Made by a program: the position numbers and the translations under genes
The notes under the pieces: generated by a model
What the model was told of the DNA's origin: nothing
Seen by the model: the letters and a program-made list of their open reading frames with translations, nothing else
The model's database searches: none
In this document: piece after piece, positions 39,421-49,561 of the stretch
Layout: each line of letters begins with the position of its first letter
Numbering within the stretch: position 1 is the first letter of the stretch
From: a bacterium
GTDB taxonomy: Bacteria > Zhuqueibacterota > Zhuqueibacteria > Residuimicrobiales > Krinioviventaceae
NCBI GenBank assembly: GCA_963675755.2
Contig: CAXXMD010000002.1
Coordinates: forward strand, 192,001 to 256,000
Direction of reading: 5' to 3'
DNA: 64,000 nucleotides

Positions 39421-40911
39421 TTATCTTCGTGAAAGGCGAATTCCATAATAGATGATAACCGAGATGATTATCAGTATAAACAGGATGATGATCAAAGTTC
39501 CTGCTGTATTAGATCTTGCTTCTACCTGTACAATTACTGTTTTTTCTTCACCATATACAGGACGGTTGTCTGATAACGATGTGGATTTTATCCTGAATTC
39601 ATAGCGACCTGTACTAATCTCCTTCGTTGGCGTTAGGGTAATCCGTGTTTGTTTTTCATTACCTATTTCAAGTGATGGTGTTAATTCAGGATCAATGGAT
39701 TTGTCCCAGTTCATTGGTGTGTCTGCCTCCACCTTGATATTGTCAAGACGGCGAGACCCCTCATTAATTAGCTCAATATTAAAAGAAACCTGTTCCTCAG
39801 GTTTAATTGAGAAGTAGAGCATGGGAGCCCTTACCAAAAGTTTTCCAACACCGCGGGGTACAAGTTCCAATCGTACATAGCCAATATTCAGTGCTTCCAG
39901 TTCTTTATCATTCCAGATTTTATCAGAATCATTAAATTCACTGATCATGTTGCGGGGTACTGCAAGCACATAAAAGGGGATTGCCTGATCTATGACAATT
40001 TCATCAGATGGGCGATCAGGCATAAATACCTGTAATGCTGCTTGCCGGGTATTGGTGCTTTCAGTGAATTTGAACTGACTTAATCTCGCCTGACTAGCAG
40101 GATCCATAAAATAATGGTTAATCTGTTTGGGCAGATTCACAACCAAAAGTTTAAAAGTATTATTAACAGCACTAAACAATTCCAGAGTCAGATCAAGTGA
40201 TGCAGACTCGCCCAGTTCAACCTCTTGAGAGAATTGTTCAGATTGAACAATAACCTTGTTTTCGGATTCATCTTTTTGCAAAAAGATTTTAGGACTTCGT
40301 TGACTTCCATTGCTATATAAGAGATTTACCGTAACCGCATCCACATCCTGAAGTAAACCAAAGTCCAGCGTAATGGGTTTGCCGTACAAAAGCTGTTCAA
40401 TTTTTGCTTCATACGGTTGACTGATGATGGCATTGTCGTCATTCAAGAGTGAAACATAAACGTCATGTACTGTTTCCGGTTGCAGTGCGTTATAAAGATC
40501 ATCGTCAATGTTTAACAGCTTTTTAAACTCGGCTGTACCACCGGATGTATTTGCCAAAGTAATTTTGACTCGTTTTTGTCCGGTTTTGGATTGATACTTT
40601 ACCGCATTTTCTACACCCACATACTGATTTTCAAACAGGACGGCCAGCAGGGATTGCTGATAATTGACTTCAGCATCTGTCATTATATTTCTGGCGTTAT
40701 CCAGTTCCTGTTGAGATGTAAGGCCATTGTCAAACATGTCTTTGATTCGGTCGAACTGTTTCTTTGACATGTCATAGGCTTCTTTGGCCCGTTTTAATCC
40801 CAACAGCGTATATTGATCATCCCGTTGATTAAAATATGTCCCGGTTTGACTGAATGCGAGAGAGTACAGGATTAAGACGATTAAAAAATATTTAAATATT
40901 TGATTCGGCAT
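39421..40911 (-). CDS. Extracytoplasmic protein: helical hairpin plus Ig-like (NEW3/NPCBM-associated-type) domains and C-terminal TM anchor
   Basis: Signal peptide; MFP-like hairpin (FDRIKDMFDNGLTSQQELDNA); INEGSRRLDNI...PMNW...GRYEF Ig domain; terminal hydrophobic helix followed by RLSRR. Confidence 0.65.
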   Translation of the reverse strand: MPNQIFKYFLIVLILYSLAFSQTGTYFNQRDDQYTLLGLKRAKEAYDMSKKQFDRIKDMFDNGLTSQQELDNARNIMTDAEVNYQQSLLAVLFENQYVGVENAVKYQSKTGQKRVKITLANTSGGTAEFKKLLNIDDDLYNALQPETVHDVYVSLLNDDNAIISQPYEAKIEQLLYGKPITLDFGLLQDVDAVTVNLLYSNGSQRSPKIFLQKDESENKVIVQSEQFSQEVELGESASLDLTLELFSAVNNTFKLLVVNLPKQINHYFMDPASQARLSQFKFTESTNTRQAALQVFMPDRPSDEIVIDQAIPFYVLAVPRNMISEFNDSDKIWNDKELEALNIGYVRLELVPRGVGKLLVRAPMLYFSIKPEEQVSFNIELINEGSRRLDNIKVEADTPMNWDKSIDPELTPSLEIGNEKQTRITLTPTKEISTGRYEFRIKSTSLSDNRPVYGEEKTVIVQVEARSNTAGTLIIILFILIIISVIIYYGIRLSRR

Positions 40912-40922
40912 TGAGCTTCTCG

Positions 40923-41684
40923 TTATTTATTAATAATGATATTGTCTTTGATTTCTGGTTTAATAAAAGAGACTCTAGTAGTTTTATCTTTATTTTTAAA
41001 TAAAAGTGTAACTTGCTCTCCAATCTTGATTTTGGAATAGAGTGCATCAAAATCCATTTTGTTGTTAACAGTATTATCGTTAATGGAAAGTAATTGACAA
41101 CCGGGTTCTATCTTTGTATCACCCAGAATAGTATGCGCGTGTGGCAGCACGTCAAATACAGTCAAAATATTATTGTTTTCTTCCAGCACTAATCCTTCGC
41201 CTGCAAGGATAATGAGATTCTCTGCGCCTTTGAGTACGACTTGCTCATTGTCGCCCATATCATCAGAAGGTGTTTTATCCTGAATGATCATTACACGTTT
41301 TCCATCTTGTTTTTGTAAATCCATTTTTTTGAATGCAATCATGAGCATTTGTCCGTCTCGTTGTATTCCCATTTTTACTTCTGATTCCGGATCCAGCGAA
41401 TCATAAATATTTTTAATTTCAGAAGCGCTTTTGACTCTTTTTTTGTTTACCATCAATATCGTATCATCTTGATCAAGTTTAATTTCACGATATTCTTCAG
41501 GGCGGGTTTCTGAGGGTAAAAGATTTGCAATTTTGACAGTATTGTTTTCACCTGATAATACAATCCCTAATTCCGGTAACATGAAAATGTCATCACCTGT
41601 AATTTCAATTTTTTTCATATGTACCTGAGCCAGCAGGGTAACGCATTGTATAAGGATGATCAGTGTTGATATTGTTCTTTTCAT
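40923..41684 (-). CDS. Secreted tandem-PDZ-domain protein
   Basis: Signal peptide; two PDZ-like repeats (LDQDDTILMVNKKRV...IQRDGQ and IEPGCQLLSINDNTV...IGEQVTL); no protease motif. Confidence 0.65.
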   Translation of the reverse strand: MKRTISTLIILIQCVTLLAQVHMKKIEITGDDIFMLPELGIVLSGENNTVKIANLLPSETRPEEYREIKLDQDDTILMVNKKRVKSASEIKNIYDSLDPESEVKMGIQRDGQMLMIAFKKMDLQKQDGKRVMIIQDKTPSDDMGDNEQVVLKGAENLIILAGEGLVLEENNNILTVFDVLPHAHTILGDTKIEPGCQLLSINDNTVNNKMDFDALYSKIKIGEQVTLLFKNKDKTTRVSFIKPEIKDNIIINK

Positions 41685-41750
41685 TTTATTCTCCTTTTTT
41701 ATGATTTATATTTTGTACGCCAAATATAAGTAATTGTTTTTACTGACTAT

Positions 41751-41790
41751 AGTTAAATAGTGTTATAATGTGTTAAAAAGTGTTAAAATC
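41751..41790. promoter_or_regulatory. Four 10-bp-phased direct repeats (candidate response-regulator binding site)
   Basis: AGTTAAATAG / TGTTATAATG / TGTTAAAAAG / TGTTAAAATC in the divergent intergenic region. Confidence 0.6.
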
Positions 41791-41826
41791 CGTGTTTTTT
41801 TCATCAATATGTATTATGTTTAACTG

Positions 41827-43452
41827 ATGGAAAAAAAACACATACAATTTGGGATCTTTGCTCTCATTATTCTGTCTTTTATAGGATTGGCAGGATTACA
41901 GCTTTATTTGTATAATCACAATAAAGAGCTTGAAAAGCAGTCTTTTGATAATATTGTGGAAAATTCACTCGGTCTGATAGTGAAAAAGATAGAAGCGCTG
42001 GATATAGCTGGCAATATAATACAAATGACTCGTGACGATTCCATGTATCACAAAATTATCAAAATTGATTCCTGTGATACCATGATAACCCGAATAAAGC
42101 ATATGAATGGGATAGTTGATACTACAGTTGAAATGCACATCATTTCCGCATACGATTCGCTTGATACCCTTGTTGATCCCCAGGGAGGAAATGCTGCTGG
42201 TACCTTTATTTATAAATTTGAAAAATCAATCTCAGACAGCACAATGATTTTGGATCATGACAGCATGAATGTGATGATCAAGATTGCGTCAGATGGGAAT
42301 AACAATCAAATAAATGCCAATGTTGATTTGAATGACCGCAAGCTAATGATTGAAAAAGTTGTGAATGATTTGACTTTTCTGAAAGCCAAACCTGTAATGG
42401 AAAGAATTCAACCAGCTGTTCTGGATTCAATTATAAAAATAACGTTGACTCAAAATTCGCTAAATCTAAATTATACATTTGGAATACTTGATACTCGTAA
42501 AGATTCTCTGTTATTTAAAAGCCCTGGGTTTGATCCCGGCTATATAACCAAAGCATATAAAAAGCAGTTGTTCCCGAATGATCTGTTGCCCGTACCTGCA
42601 CAGTTGTGTGTGTATTTCCCTAACCAGGGTTCATTTTTATTCAAGCGGTCTGGTACCTGGATACTCACAACCTTGTTTTTTATTCTTGTACTCGTATCCA
42701 GTTTTGTTTATTTGACTGGATTGCTATTCAGGCAGAAACAGTTTTTTAATCATATAGTGAATTTTATCAACAACATGACGCACGAGTTTAAAACTCCAAT
42801 TTCAACATTATCTCTTGTTGGCGAGGCACTCAAAAGCCCGGATAATATTGGCAATCATGAAAAATTATCACGCTACAGTCAGGTTGTTGATGACGAAACT
42901 TTACGCATGAGAAACCAAGTAGAAAAAATATTACAAATGGCAGCTTTGGAAAGTGGTAACGTTGAACTGAATAACAAGGGTGTTTCAATTCATCAAATAA
43001 TGAACAAGCTTGTTAAAAAGTATCAGATTGTTCAGGAGAAAGGTGCTGTAAATTTACAGATCAAGCTTGATGCCAATCAGGATAGTGTACTTGGTGATCC
43101 TGTACATTTGATGAATGTTTTTGATAACCTGGTGGACAATGCGATAAAATACAACAACAATACTCCGGATATTCATATTACCACCTATAATGACCCTAAA
43201 AGTATTACAATTATATTTCAGGATAATGGTATAGGTATATCTTCTCAAGATCAAAAGTTAATTTTCGATACCTATTACCGGGTACCCACAGGCAATGTGC
43301 ATGATGTTAAGGGTTTTGGATTGGGATTGAGTTATGTAAAACGTATTATAGAATTACTGCATGGCGACATACGAGTCAAAAGTCAGTTGGGTAAAGGCAC
43401 TCAGTTTGAAATAATTTTGCCATTGCAGATAGAAAATGCCAGGGATATATGA
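41827..43452 (+). CDS. Sensor histidine kinase
   Basis: Two TM helices; H-box NNMTHEFKTP, N-box NLVDNAIKY, G1 DNGIG, G2 GFGLGL. Confidence 0.95.
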   Translation: MEKKHIQFGIFALIILSFIGLAGLQLYLYNHNKELEKQSFDNIVENSLGLIVKKIEALDIAGNIIQMTRDDSMYHKIIKIDSCDTMITRIKHMNGIVDTTVEMHIISAYDSLDTLVDPQGGNAAGTFIYKFEKSISDSTMILDHDSMNVMIKIASDGNNNQINANVDLNDRKLMIEKVVNDLTFLKAKPVMERIQPAVLDSIIKITLTQNSLNLNYTFGILDTRKDSLLFKSPGFDPGYITKAYKKQLFPNDLLPVPAQLCVYFPNQGSFLFKRSGTWILTTLFFILVLVSSFVYLTGLLFRQKQFFNHIVNFINNMTHEFKTPISTLSLVGEALKSPDNIGNHEKLSRYSQVVDDETLRMRNQVEKILQMAALESGNVELNNKGVSIHQIMNKLVKKYQIVQEKGAVNLQIKLDANQDSVLGDPVHLMNVFDNLVDNAIKYNNNTPDIHITTYNDPKSITIIFQDNGIGISSQDQKLIFDTYYRVPTGNVHDVKGFGLGLSYVKRIIELLHGDIRVKSQLGKGTQFEIILPLQIENARDI

Positions 43453-44156
43453 CAAAAAAAATTAACATATTAATTGTTGATGATGATCCGAATTTGGGTT
43501 TTATATTACAGGAATCCCTTGAAGCTCAAGGATATGAGCTAATACGTTGTGATAATGGTGCAGATGCGCTTGAAGCATATATCAAGAATACATTTGATCT
43601 CTGTTTGATTGATATTATGCTGCCCAGGATGGATGGGTTTAGTCTGGCAAAAGAGATCCGTAATATTGATAAACAGGTTCCTATCATTTTTCTTACCGCA
43701 AAATCTCTCAAAGAAGACAAGATTGAAGGTTTCAAAATTGGTGCGGATGATTATGTGACCAAACCCTTTAGCATGGAAGAACTGCAATTACGTATATCTG
43801 CTGTATTACGTCGAACACAAAATTTAATTGATGATTCAAATGAATCTATTTTCACAATAGGTAAATTTACATTCTACTATTCCGAACAGATTTTGAAATA
43901 CCGTAGAAAATCTCTTAAACTTACCTTAAAAGAATCAGAACTATTGTACCTGTTATGCAAACATCGTGATAAATATCTGGCTCGTGAATTTGCGTTGCAA
44001 TACATCTGGAATGATGAAAGTTATTTTTCCGGGCGCAGTATGGATGTTTATATTACAAAGCTGCGAAAATATCTTCAGGATGATGAGCGAATTGAAATCC
44101 GTAATTTGCATGGTAAAGGCTTTAAGCTGATCGTTCCTGATTCCACATCACATTGA
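43449..44156 (+). CDS. OmpR/PhoB-family response regulator
   Basis: IVDDD, DIMLP.MDG, FLTAK and GADDYVTKPF receiver motifs; wHTH RSMDVYITKLRK; ATGA overlap with the kinase. Confidence 0.95.
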   Translation: MTKKINILIVDDDPNLGFILQESLEAQGYELIRCDNGADALEAYIKNTFDLCLIDIMLPRMDGFSLAKEIRNIDKQVPIIFLTAKSLKEDKIEGFKIGADDYVTKPFSMEELQLRISAVLRRTQNLIDDSNESIFTIGKFTFYYSEQILKYRRKSLKLTLKESELLYLLCKHRDKYLAREFALQYIWNDESYFSGRSMDVYITKLRKYLQDDERIEIRNLHGKGFKLIVPDSTSH

Positions 44157-44276
44157 CAGCGTTTTTAAGTAAAATTTTTTCCCAAAACATCATACTCTCC
44201 TTGCAAATTGACTCAAAATTTATTATCATAATTTCAATTCAATTGTTAAAAGAAAACCTATTATCAGGGATATGTA

Positions 44277-45551
44277 ATGAATATTGATCCGCATGAATTT
44301 GAATCTATAATAAAAAAACTTTATACCAACCCCAACGATCAGGTACTGCAATACAAGCGATACAATAAACTTGTGATGGAATATCACGAAACATTTCCTG
44401 AAACTGATATTCATATTTTCAGTACACCTGGCAGGACAGAAGTAGGGGGAAACCATACAGACCATAATAATGGCCGTGTATTGGCAGCATCGGTAAATCT
44501 GGATTCAATAGCTGTTGCCGCAGCAAATAATAATTCAACTGTTACCCTGTATTCAAAAGGATACGAAAAGCCGTTTATAGTCGATCTGGATTCACTTGAT
44601 AAAGTGGATAACGAGTCAGGAACTACTCTTGCTCTGATTAGAGGAATTGCTGCACGAATTCATCATCTGGGATTTGATATAGGCGGATTCAACGCATACA
44701 TAACCAGCGATGTATTACCCGGTTCAGGATTGAGCTCTTCTGCGTCTATAGAGGTGCTGATTGGAAGTATTTTTAATGCACTTTTTAATAATGATGAAAT
44801 TGCCGCAGATGTATTGGCAAAAATTGGTCAATGGGCAGAAAATAATTATTTTGATAAACCCTGCGGTTTAATGGATCAAACTGCTTGTGCTGTTGGTGGC
44901 TTTGTGACCATAGATTTTCAAAATCCTCAAAAACCGGGAATTGAAAAGGTTGATTTTGATTTCAGTGCTCAAAATTACAGTTTAATTGTTGTTGATACCG
45001 GCGGCAGTCATGCGGATCTGACTGATGATTATGCAGCGGTTCCCGCTGAAATGAAAGCTGCAGCTCGTGAGCTGGGTGTGGCATGCTGTCGTGAAACAAA
45101 TCTTGATGCTTTAATCAATAATATTGCTCAAATGCGTAATACAGTTGGAGACAGAGCAATTTTGCGAGCATTTCATTTTTTGCAGGAAAATGAACGTGTT
45201 GTTCACCAGGTACAGGCATTAAAGAATGGTGAATTTCAGAAATTTCTGTCACTGATTCGGGAATCCGGTAATTCATCATATAAATGGCTTCAAAATGTTT
45301 ATACAGCTAAATCTCCGGAACAAGGGGTTTCATTGGCGCTTGCATTAACCGAGTATTTTATAGGTACTATTGGAGAAGGCGCCTGCCGTGTTCATGGAGG
45401 AGGATTCTCAGGCACCATTCAGGCATTTTTACCCAATACTGCTGTAGATAAATATATTAAACTGATATCCGGAGTATTTGGGCATAACAGTGTTTATCTT
45501 TTGTCTATACGCCCCTATGGAGCTGTTCATCTGGATAATTTTGTTGAATAA
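44277..45551 (+). CDS. galK: Galactokinase (GHMP kinase)
   Basis: PGRTEVGGNHTDHN, PGSGLSSSA, PCGLMDQ and RVHGGGF motifs. Confidence 0.85.
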   Translation: MNIDPHEFESIIKKLYTNPNDQVLQYKRYNKLVMEYHETFPETDIHIFSTPGRTEVGGNHTDHNNGRVLAASVNLDSIAVAAANNNSTVTLYSKGYEKPFIVDLDSLDKVDNESGTTLALIRGIAARIHHLGFDIGGFNAYITSDVLPGSGLSSSASIEVLIGSIFNALFNNDEIAADVLAKIGQWAENNYFDKPCGLMDQTACAVGGFVTIDFQNPQKPGIEKVDFDFSAQNYSLIVVDTGGSHADLTDDYAAVPAEMKAAARELGVACCRETNLDALINNIAQMRNTVGDRAILRAFHFLQENERVVHQVQALKNGEFQKFLSLIRESGNSSYKWLQNVYTAKSPEQGVSLALALTEYFIGTIGEGACRVHGGGFSGTIQAFLPNTAVDKYIKLISGVFGHNSVYLLSIRPYGAVHLDNFVE

Positions 45552-45568
45552 TTCAAAGGAGTTGTAAG

Positions 45569-47023
45569 ATGAAACGACGTCAATTTTTAAAAACTTGTGG
45601 TGCCGCAGCTGCAGTGGGTCTTGCTGGCTGCTCGTACAAAAAGCAAAAACCCAATTTTGTTTTCATTCTTGTGGATGATTTAGGGTATAATGATATTGGC
45701 GCCTATAATCCTGATACTTTTTATGAAACACCCAACATTAATAAACTCGCCCAAAAAGGTGTACGTTTTACAGATGGCTATGCTGCAAATCCGGTATGCA
45801 GCCCTACCCGTTACAGTATAATGACGGGCAAGTATCCCAGTAGAGTAGATGCAACAAACTGGTTTTCGGGTATGCGGTCGGGTAAATTTATGGGGGCACC
45901 CCTGAACGATAAAATGCCTCTTGAAGAAGTTACCATTGCAGAATCATTAAAAGAACAAGGTTATAAAACTACATTTATTGGCAAATGGCATCTTGGAGAA
46001 ACCCAGGATTTATGGCCGCAGGCACAGGGATTTGATAAAAATATTGGAGGTTGGAAAAAAGGATCTCCTTCGAGTTATTTTTCTCCTTATAACAATCCCG
46101 TATTGCCGGATGGCCCGGATGGAGAGTATCTGACAGAGCGGTTAACCAATGAAGCCTTGAACATATTGGAGCAAGCCAAAGACGATCCGTTTTTTCTGTA
46201 CCTTGCTTTCTACACTGTGCATATCCCATTACAGGCGATTGAGCATTTAATTGAAAAGTATGAGAGCAAAGCAGAAAATATATCAGGACCGGAATTCGCA
46301 GATGAAAAACAGGTCTGGCCCACGGATGAAAAACGACGTGTGCGTATTTTGCAAAAAAATCCGGTTTATGCCGCAATGGTTGAATATATGGATACCAGTG
46401 TAGGCCGGGTATTGGACAAACTAGAGGAAATGGGGCTGGACAAGAACACAGTTGTTTGTTTTATGTCAGACAATGGTGGTCTGTCAACTGCTGAAGGATT
46501 ACCAACATCTAACCTGCCATTGCGGGCAGGTAAGGGATGGTTGTATGAAGGGGGAATACGTGAACCTTTTATTATCAACTGGCCTGATGCAAAAAGAAAT
46601 TCTCATGTATGCAATTATCCGGTTATCAGTACTGATTTTTATCCCACAATCCTGGACATTGCAGGTGTACCTCTGCATCCTGAACAGCACATGGATGGTT
46701 TGAGCCTGGTTCCCTTGTTAAATGGTGGCCAAACCCTTGGTCGTTCAAGTCTGTTCTGGCACTATCCGCACTATAGTAATCAAGGTGGTATGCCGGGAGG
46801 GGCAATACGTGAAGGAAAGTACAAGCTCATTGAAAGTCTGGAAGATGGCAGTGTTGAATTGTATGATCTGGATCTGGATATAGGTGAGCAAAATAATTTG
46901 GCTGAATCCATGCCGCATTTGGTTAAAGAAATGGGTGATCGTTTACATAAATGGTACAATACTGTAGATGCCAAGTTTTTACAAGCAAAACCTGGCGGCC
47001 CACAACCCTGGCGACCAGAATAA
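45569..47023 (+). CDS. Cys-type formylglycine-dependent sulfatase (S1) with Tat signal
   Basis: MKRRQFLK twin-arginine signal ending LAGC; VDDLG, CSPTR...MTG, GKWHLG and SDNGG motifs. Confidence 0.95.
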   Translation: MKRRQFLKTCGAAAAVGLAGCSYKKQKPNFVFILVDDLGYNDIGAYNPDTFYETPNINKLAQKGVRFTDGYAANPVCSPTRYSIMTGKYPSRVDATNWFSGMRSGKFMGAPLNDKMPLEEVTIAESLKEQGYKTTFIGKWHLGETQDLWPQAQGFDKNIGGWKKGSPSSYFSPYNNPVLPDGPDGEYLTERLTNEALNILEQAKDDPFFLYLAFYTVHIPLQAIEHLIEKYESKAENISGPEFADEKQVWPTDEKRRVRILQKNPVYAAMVEYMDTSVGRVLDKLEEMGLDKNTVVCFMSDNGGLSTAEGLPTSNLPLRAGKGWLYEGGIREPFIINWPDAKRNSHVCNYPVISTDFYPTILDIAGVPLHPEQHMDGLSLVPLLNGGQTLGRSSLFWHYPHYSNQGGMPGGAIREGKYKLIESLEDGSVELYDLDLDIGEQNNLAESMPHLVKEMGDRLHKWYNTVDAKFLQAKPGGPQPWRPE

Positions 47024-47148
47024 AATAGTTATTTGTAATATCAAAAATCCTTTTATATTAATAAACTATTCTTACAATACCGGAATCCTGATATTAATGT
47101 TCCTGTTGTAAATTATTATTATATAAATAAATTTTCAAGGAGAAGAAA

Positions 47149-48486
47149 ATGATAAATGTAACACTGGGTAAAACCGAATATTTTAAAGGTATTGATAAAA
47201 TCCAGTATGAAGGCCCGGATTCTGATAATCCGTTGGCATTTAAATATTATGATGAAAACAAGATAGTAGCAGGTAAGACCATGAGCGACCATTTCCGTTT
47301 TGCTATTGCTTATTGGCATACATTCTGTGGAACAGGTGAAGATCCTTTTGGTCCTGGTACGCAACCATTGCCCTGGCTTGAGGGTAGTGATGATATGACA
47401 ATCGCAAAAAACAAACTTGACGCTGCTTTTGAATTTGTATCTAAACTGGGTGTTCCATTTTACTGTTTCCATGATCGTGACCTGGCTCCCGAAGGCAGCA
47501 ATGTTATAGAATCTGAAAAGAACCTGAAAGAACTGGTTAGTCTTGCCAAAGCCAAACAGCAGGAATCTGGTGTTAAATTATTATGGGGAACCGCCAATGT
47601 ATTCAGTAATCCCCGTTATATGAACGGAGCTGCTACAAATCCTGATTTTCATGTAGTTACTCATGTTGCAGCACAGGTTAAAGCCGCTATGGAAGCGACT
47701 GTTGAACTGGGTGGTGAAAATTATGTGTTCTGGGGCGGACGTGAAGGATATTTCACTCTATTAAATACAATGATGAAACGCGAACTGGACCATCTGGGAA
47801 TGTTTTTGCAAAAAGCCCGTGATTACGGTCGCGAGATTGGTTTTAAAGGTACTTTTCTCATCGAGCCCAAGCCTATGGAACCCACCAAACACCAGTATGA
47901 TTTTGATACTGCAACGGTATTGGGATTTCTGCAAAAATATGGTTTGGATCAAGATTTCAAGGTCAATATTGAAAATAACCATGCAACTCTTGCAGGCCAT
48001 ACATTTGCACATGAAATTCAAACCGCTGTTGATGCAGGAATCTTTGGTAGTCTCGATATAAATCAGGGCGATCCATACAATGGTTGGGATACTGATGAAT
48101 TCCTTAGAAATTTGTATGATGCTGTTGAGATTATGCTTGTTCTGCTGCAAACAAAAGACGGTATGGGCAAAGGTGGTATGAATTTCGACGCCAAAACACG
48201 TCGTTCTTCAACAGATCTGGATGATATCTTTATCGCTCATATCAGTTCAATGGATACACTGGCTCGCGGATTGATCATTGCTGATAATATTTTGAAAAAT
48301 TCAAATTATCTAGATCTTCGTAAAACACGATATGCATCCTTTGATGATGGTAAAGGTGCAGAATTTGAAGCTGGGAAAATGGGGCTTGCTGAAATGGCAA
48401 AACTTGCTGCAGAGTGGGGTGAACCCAAAATGATCAGTGGAAAACAGGAAATGTATGAGAGTTTGTTAAATAAATATATCCGATAA
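47149..48486 (+). CDS. xylA: Xylose isomerase (class II)
   Basis: [34 protein letters not shown] and GWDTDEF motifs. Confidence 0.97.
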   Translation: MINVTLGKTEYFKGIDKIQYEGPDSDNPLAFKYYDENKIVAGKTMSDHFRFAIAYWHTFCGTGEDPFGPGTQPLPWLEGSDDMTIAKNKLDAAFEFVSKLGVPFYCFHDRDLAPEGSNVIESEKNLKELVSLAKAKQQESGVKLLWGTANVFSNPRYMNGAATNPDFHVVTHVAAQVKAAMEATVELGGENYVFWGGREGYFTLLNTMMKRELDHLGMFLQKARDYGREIGFKGTFLIEPKPMEPTKHQYDFDTATVLGFLQKYGLDQDFKVNIENNHATLAGHTFAHEIQTAVDAGIFGSLDINQGDPYNGWDTDEFLRNLYDAVEIMLVLLQTKDGMGKGGMNFDAKTRRSSTDLDDIFIAHISSMDTLARGLIIADNILKNSNYLDLRKTRYASFDDGKGAEFEAGKMGLAEMAKLAAEWGEPKMISGKQEMYESLLNKYIR

Positions 48487-48505
48487 ATCGTTTATTGTAA
48501 ATTTG

Positions 48506-48539
48506 AATGCCTGTTTCTTTTGAAACGGGCATTTTTTTT
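48506..48539 (+). terminator. Rho-independent terminator
   Basis: AATGCCTGTTTC-tttt-GAAACGGGCATT followed by a T-tract, between convergent genes. Confidence 0.8.
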
Positions 48540-49431
48540 ATCTGAGAAACAAGAGTGCAATCCCCGCTACTGTGATTACCGTCCCGATAAATGCCCGCAA
48601 GGTTGGTTTTTCTTTATATACAAAATAGAGCATAGGAATTATAACAATTGGAACGGTTGCCATAAGAGTGGATGCAATACCGGTTTTGGTATATTTGATT
48701 GCTACAACAGATAACCATACTCCCAGATATGGGCCAAATACAGCGCCGCCAAATGCTGCCAACATTCCTTTGTTGTCTCTGATTGCTAAAAGTATCTTTC
48801 TGGTTCGTCCTGCAGAAATACCCATAATCATAAGGATCAGTGCAGAGGGTACCATTCTAAGAATTGTTGCAGACAATGGATCGATATCATTTTGTAGTCC
48901 ATATTTTGCCAATACCAATCCAACAGCTTGGCCGGTTGCACCAATTAACCCAAAGATAATACCTTTGAGTTTTGAGCCATGGATTTTTTCCTCTCCGTCT
49001 TTATGTTCACTTACTACCCAGAAAATACCCCAAATGGTAACCGTAATACCTATTAAAGCAATTAATCCCAGAGTTTCACCTAAAAAGATCCATGCAATAA
49101 CTGTTGTAATAGGGGGGGCTAGTGATAAAATCAGGGTGGTTCTATGAGAACCCAGTATAACCAGGCTTTTGAATAAAGCACCGTCTCCTAAAACAAGACC
49201 TACAAATCCACTAAGACCCAGCCAGAAAATATTCTGCATATTGGCATGAATGGGGAAAAACATTCCTTTGGTAGCAAAAAGTGTAATACATAACAGTACA
49301 CAAGCCATGACAAGACGAACAAGATTGGTGTTATATGTTCCAATCCGTTTGCCGGCAATTTCAAACATGATGGCGCATATGCCCCAAAAAAATGCACCTG
49401 CTAATGCAGCAGTTTCTCCAATATAAGGCAA
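48538..49431 (-). CDS. DMT/EamA family transporter
   Basis: About 10 TM helices in two repeats; FLGETL and YKEK motifs. Confidence 0.9.
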   Translation of the reverse strand: MPYIGETAALAGAFFWGICAIMFEIAGKRIGTYNTNLVRLVMACVLLCITLFATKGMFFPIHANMQNIFWLGLSGFVGLVLGDGALFKSLVILGSHRTTLILSLAPPITTVIAWIFLGETLGLIALIGITVTIWGIFWVVSEHKDGEEKIHGSKLKGIIFGLIGATGQAVGLVLAKYGLQNDIDPLSATILRMVPSALILMIMGISAGRTRKILLAIRDNKGMLAAFGGAVFGPYLGVWLSVVAIKYTKTGIASTLMATVPIVIIPMLYFVYKEKPTLRAFIGTVITVAGIALLFLR

Positions 49432-49487
49432 TTCAATCTCCCAAATAATAAGCAGTCAATATAGGGCTTTATTTTCATTTATGAAAT

Positions 49488-49531
49488 AAAAAAAAGGCCG
49501 CAGCTTGAACACGTGCATGCGGCCCTTTTTT
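49488..49531 (-). terminator. Rho-independent terminator of the giant gene
   Basis: GGCCGCA / TGCGGCC stem flanked by A- and T-tracts on both sides. Confidence 0.75.
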
Positions 49532-49561
49532 GGGGTGAGTTTATTTAATAACGGGTCAACG

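Noticed and set aside
41721-41728. TATATTTG on the minus strand matching the Bacteroidota -7 promoter consensus
   Set aside because: Single short AT-rich match; the strong Shine-Dalgarno usage argues against assuming Bacteroidota promoter rules.
48668-49147. 159-aa antisense ORF and the many other short overlapping ORFs in the track
   Set aside because: They lie within or antisense to well-supported genes and show no motifs; treated as shadow ORFs.
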